Position numbers and translations under genes: made by a program. DNA of 63,369 nt, the filler included, from a bacterium (GTDB lineage: Bacteria > JBBIVP01): NCBI GenBank assembly GCA_037439705.1. It is 11 parts of 11 records of this genome, joined end to end, with 100 filler letters (N's around TTAATTAATTAA, not from the genome) between each part and the next. Parts side by side here need not be neighbours in the genome. Positions count along the whole stretch, not along the records: positions 57,977 to 63,369 come from JBBIVP010000148.1; 10 more parts are not named here. One strand, given 5' to 3'. Below are positions 59,825 through 63,369 of this stretch, piece after piece (position 1 is the stretch's first letter; every line of letters starts with the position of its first letter). The notes under the pieces are model-generated. The model worked only from the letters and a program-made list of their open reading frames with translations, did no database searches and was not told where the DNA came from.

Positions 59825-60405
59825 CTCAAAATCCTCCCAATTATAATCCATCCCACAATAAAAAGAACTACAAAAGCAATTGCCAGATAATTAAGGTGTT
59901 TATAAATAAACCTGTCTGCCCTTTCACCGAAGAAAAAAAGCAGTAATGCTACGAGAAAAAATCTTGCTCCCCTACCAATAATTGATGCAATGATAAAAAC
60001 AGCCATTGAAATTTTGAAGGCTCCTGCACTTATTGTGAAAACCTTATAGGGAATTGGTGTAAATCCTGCAATGGCAACTGCCCATCCCGCATACTCATTA
60101 TAAAGCCTTCCAACATAATCAAAACTTTCTTCCAGATGATAAAAATTTATAATTTTTTTACCTATCACCTCCATAAAAGCAAATCCTATATAATAGCCGA
60201 ATATACCTCCAACAACTGAAAAAATTAGAGAAAGAAAAGCATAGAAAAAAGCCTTGTTCGGTCTTCCAAGTGTCAATGGAATCTGAAGGACATCAGGTGG
60301 AACTGGAAAAAAAGATGATTCAGCAAAGGAAATGGCGCAAAGAGCAATCCCACCATAAGGCTTGCCAGCTAACCCTGTTACCCATCTGTAAAGTTTCTTT
60401 ATCAT
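59821..60405 (-). CDS. YqaA/DedA family membrane protein
   Basis: FAESSFFPVPPD, FTPIPYKVF, GRGARFF; ATG at 60405 overlaps the pcm stop. Confidence 0.9.
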   Translation of the reverse strand: MIKKLYRWVTGLAGKPYGGIALCAISFAESSFFPVPPDVLQIPLTLGRPNKAFFYAFLSLIFSVVGGIFGYYIGFAFMEVIGKKIINFYHLEESFDYVGRLYNEYAGWAVAIAGFTPIPYKVFTISAGAFKISMAVFIIASIIGRGARFFLVALLLFFFGERADRFIYKHLNYLAIAFVVLFIVGWIIIGRILR

Positions 60406-61046
60406 TCCTTCCAACCGTAGGCGCCGAGAAGTTTCACAAACCTGCACCCTCCAAGATTTTCCTCTTCAAACTTTCCTCCCTTTTTCGTGATTTTGTAGAG
60501 AGATTGTGAATACTCATCCCCACATGGTATAACAAGCCTTCCCCCTTCTGCTAACTGTTCAAGGAGGGGATAAGGAAAATCTGGAGCACCTGCTGTAACG
60601 ATTATACCCTCATAAGGAGCATATTCCTTCCAGCCGAGGGTTCCGTCTCCTATTCCAAATTTTATATTTTTATACCCAAGTTCCTCAAGTACCTTCATTG
60701 CCCTTTTTGAAAGGGATGGAATCCTCTCTATGGTATAGACCTCCTTACACAATTCTGCAAGAATCGCTGTATGATAGCCTGAACCGGTGCCTATTTCAAG
60801 AACCCTCTCATCACCCTTTAGACCCAGGGCTTCTGTCATAAGAGCGACTATGTAAGGCTGTGAAATTGTCTGTCCCTCCCCTATGAAAACAGGATGATCT
60901 CCATAAGCAATTGAAATTAATGATTCTGGAACGAAAATATGTCTCGGCACATTTCTCATTGCCTCTATAACCTTTTCGTCTTTTATTCCCCTGCTTTTTA
61001 TTTGGTATTCAACCATTTCAAATCTCTCTTTTTCAAACTCTACCAT
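60402..61046 (-). CDS. pcm: protein-L-isoaspartate O-methyltransferase
   Basis: VPRHIF, GQTISQPY, LEIGTGSGY, GDGTLGW, VTAGA. Confidence 0.96.
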   Translation of the reverse strand: MVEFEKERFEMVEYQIKSRGIKDEKVIEAMRNVPRHIFVPESLISIAYGDHPVFIGEGQTISQPYIVALMTEALGLKGDERVLEIGTGSGYHTAILAELCKEVYTIERIPSLSKRAMKVLEELGYKNIKFGIGDGTLGWKEYAPYEGIIVTAGAPDFPYPLLEQLAEGGRLVIPCGDEYSQSLYKITKKGGKFEEENLGGCRFVKLLGAYGWKE

Positions 61047-61813
61047 AACTCTCTGAAATAGCCTTCTAAAACCTCCATCACATTATAATTTGTGAGATCT
61101 ACATTAATCGGGGTAATGGACACATATCCTTCTCCTATTGCTTCTATGTCTGAACCTTTAAGCGGAATTTGATTGTTCGTATTATCCCCTCCAATCCAGT
61201 AATACCACTTGCCCCTCGGGTCTTTTCTTTTAACTACCTGTGCCGTGTAAACCCTTCTTCCCTTCCTTGTAATCCTTATCCCCTTTATTTTGCTAAAATC
61301 GGAAACACTGGGCACATTGACATTGAGGAATGTATCAGGTGGAAGCCCGTGTTTCAAAACAGTTTGAACAATTTTTTCAGCCACCATTACTGCTGGCTCA
61401 AAGCAGAAGTTTTTTCTGCCCTCCAAGGATATGGCAATGGATGGAATGCCGAGAAGCGTTCCTTCAAAGGCTGCTGAAACAGTTCCAGAATAGGTAATAT
61501 CGTCTCCGAGGTTTTCTCCGAGATTTATTCCGGAGATAATCATGCCGGGTCTTTTTCTCAAAAGACCATTAACTGCAAGGTGAACGCAATCAGACGGAGT
61601 TCCGTCCACCGAGTAAACCATATTTCTCAATTTTCTCACCCTCAAAGGTCTGTGAAGGGTAACCGAATGACTTGACGCACTCCTTTCCAATTCCGGAGCA
61701 ACAATGTATGTCTTCCATTTCTTTGAAAGACCATCGTAAAGGGAATGAAGCCCCGGCGAGTTGATACCATCATCATTTGTCAACAAAATTATTTTTTTCT
61801 CCATTTGATGCAA
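61040..61813 (-). CDS. surE: 5'/3'-nucleotidase SurE
   Basis: LLTNDDGI, GTPSDCV, SGIN.G.NLG, YSGTVSAA, VSITP. Confidence 0.96.
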   Translation of the reverse strand: MHQMEKKIILLTNDDGINSPGLHSLYDGLSKKWKTYIVAPELERSASSHSVTLHRPLRVRKLRNMVYSVDGTPSDCVHLAVNGLLRKRPGMIISGINLGENLGDDITYSGTVSAAFEGTLLGIPSIAISLEGRKNFCFEPAVMVAEKIVQTVLKHGLPPDTFLNVNVPSVSDFSKIKGIRITRKGRRVYTAQVVKRKDPRGKWYYWIGGDNTNNQIPLKGSDIEAIGEGYVSITPINVDLTNYNVMEVLEGYFRELW

Positions 61814-61889
61814 TTATAAAAAATTGGAAAATTTAAAGGAATACAGCCTTTTTCTTGATTCAACTACAAGAAAAATTAACATATAAAGA

Positions 61890-62723
61890 ATGAGGGCGTT
61901 TTTTCTTATAATTTTCATATTAACTTCGGAAGGCGGAAAGATATTTGTTGACGATGTAGGAAATCGTGTTGAAATTACAAGGGCAGAAAGAATTGTATCA
62001 CTTGCTCCGAACATAACCGAAATCATCTTCGCTTTAGGAGCAGGAGATAAACTGATAGGTGTAACGGATTTCTGCGACTATCCGGCGGACGCAAAGAAAA
62101 AGGAAGAAATAGGGGGATTTATAAATCCCGATGTAGAAAAAATTCTCTCTTTGAAACCGGACCTCGTTATTGCAACAAAAGATGGAAATAATCCCAACGC
62201 AGTGGAAAAAATCAGAAAATTCGGAATCCCTGTTTTCGTCATATATCCAATGGATTTTGAAGGAGTTATTGGAGATATCTCAAAAATTTCGGAAATACTG
62301 GGCGTGAAGGAAAAAGGAGATATTCTTGTGGAGGAAATGAGAAAAAGAGTGGAAGAAATAAAAATGAAAATTCAAAACAGAAAGAAGAAAAGGGTTTTGC
62401 TCTTATACGAAACCTCACCGATAATTGCATCGGGTCCGGGAACCCTTGCAGACAACATTATAAAAATTGCTGGTGGAGAAAATGTTCTTTCCGATTCTCC
62501 TGTAAGATATCCAAAAATAAACCTTGAAACTGCTATAGCACGAAATCCAGATGTGGTGATAATTACAGAAATGGAGACAGGCTCGGAAAACTTATTGAGG
62601 CTCAAAGAAGCATTCGGAGAAAAAATTTTTCTGGTAAGTGGAGACCACCTCAACAGAGCAGGACCAAGATTAATTTATGGAATAGAAGAAATTTTTAAAA
62701 TTTTGTATTCCAGTGAAAGATAG
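61890..62723 (+). CDS. btuF: cobalamin/iron ABC transporter periplasmic binding protein (BtuF-like)
   Basis: RIVSLAPNITE, GVTDFCDYP, EKILSLKPDLVI, RAGPRL. Confidence 0.8.
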   Translation: MRAFFLIIFILTSEGGKIFVDDVGNRVEITRAERIVSLAPNITEIIFALGAGDKLIGVTDFCDYPADAKKKEEIGGFINPDVEKILSLKPDLVIATKDGNNPNAVEKIRKFGIPVFVIYPMDFEGVIGDISKISEILGVKEKGDILVEEMRKRVEEIKMKIQNRKKKRVLLLYETSPIIASGPGTLADNIIKIAGGENVLSDSPVRYPKINLETAIARNPDVVIITEMETGSENLLRLKEAFGEKIFLVSGDHLNRAGPRLIYGIEEIFKILYSSER

Positions 62724-63369
62724 AACTCGTTTAAAGCCTTCCAGATTTATAAAGGTCCTTTTTTTACTTTCTCTGGTACTTGTCCTTTCCTTCTTGCTAT
62801 CCCTTATAACCGGAAGTATAAAAATCGGATTAAAACCGGCAATAAGTTCCATCTTCAAACCAGATGAATCAGAGATTTCAAAAATAATACATTACATAAG
62901 ACTACCGAGGTTCCTTATGGGCGCCATAGCGGGATGGGCACTCTCCTTATCCGGAGCGGTATTTCAGGGGATACTGAGAAATCCCCTTGCAGATTCTTAT
63001 GTTCTTGGGGTGGCTTCTGCATCCGCTCTCGGAGCAATTATAGACAGATTAATTCCTCTAAAAATCTATCTTCTGGGNNNNNNNNNNNNNNNNNNNNNNN
63101 NNNNNNNNNNNNNNNNNNNNNAATTGCCTTCGTTTACTACATGGGAATGGTCAATGGAACCCTCAATACTGGAAGGATGATTCTCGCTGGAATTATTGTG
63201 GGAACTTTTTTTTCAGCCTGCATAACATTCCTCCTGATGCTCATTCCCAGAAAGGAACTTCAGAACATTTTCTTCTGGCTTCTCGGAGACCTTTCCTCAG
63301 TTGAAATTAAAACTTTTTCAAAAGTTATGCCCTATGTGGTGATAGGGTCCCTTCGAATACTTATGATTT
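62713..63369 (+). CDS. btuC: FecCD/BtuC-family ABC permease (spans an N gap; 3' end outside the window)
   Basis: IRLPR, FQGILRNPLAD.Y.LG; after the gap MILAGII...FFWLLGDLS continues. Confidence 0.8.
63078..63121. other. intra-scaffold N gap (no stop linker)
   Basis: 44 N inside the btuC-like gene. Confidence 0.9.

Noticed and set aside
63078-63369. Apparent frameshift and early stop in btuC at 63180
   Set aside because: Caused by the arbitrary 44-N gap length; the FecCD sequence continues in another frame
1-63369. CRISPR array or rRNA
   Set aside because: No regularly spaced direct repeats with unique spacers and no rRNA-like segment seen; the repeats found are dispersed single copies

Overview
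This window is not one locus. It is 11 short contigs (about 5.4-5.8 kb, in descending length) joined by artificial N44-TTAATTAATTAA-N44 linkers, so synteny holds only within a contig. The DNA is AT-rich and bacterial. GspN, a MXAN_5187-like protein, Cys-CTERM tails and surE-pcm-yqaA-nlpD suggest a diderm deltaproteobacteria/Myxococcota-like lineage, possibly thermophilic (inference). Housekeeping content: pgk, argJ, secA, lepB, mrp, rpmH-rnpA-yidD-yidC, argBDF, accA, gspLMN, kdsC, ispA, mce, copA, surE-pcm-nlpD, btuFC, tRNA-Leu(CAA), and a cobalamin riboswitch ahead of a btuB-like receptor. Most notable: (1) an operon of at least five genes with alternating multiheme c and b-type cytochromes and at least 35 heme-c motifs; (2) a GMC flavoprotein + Tat subunit + multiheme lipoprotein operon; (3) three secreted proteins sharing a Gly-rich-Cys/TM/basic C-terminal sorting tag, one built from an unrecognised duplicated domain, plus a candidate CPBP sortase in the lepB operon; (4) a tetraether lipid synthase (Tes/MJ0619)-like radical SAM gene behind a clean sigma54 promoter with an upstream palindrome; (5) three families of dispersed repeats or IS remnants recurring on different contigs. 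No CRISPR array or rRNA was seen. Family assignments come from motif recognition by eye; no database was searched.
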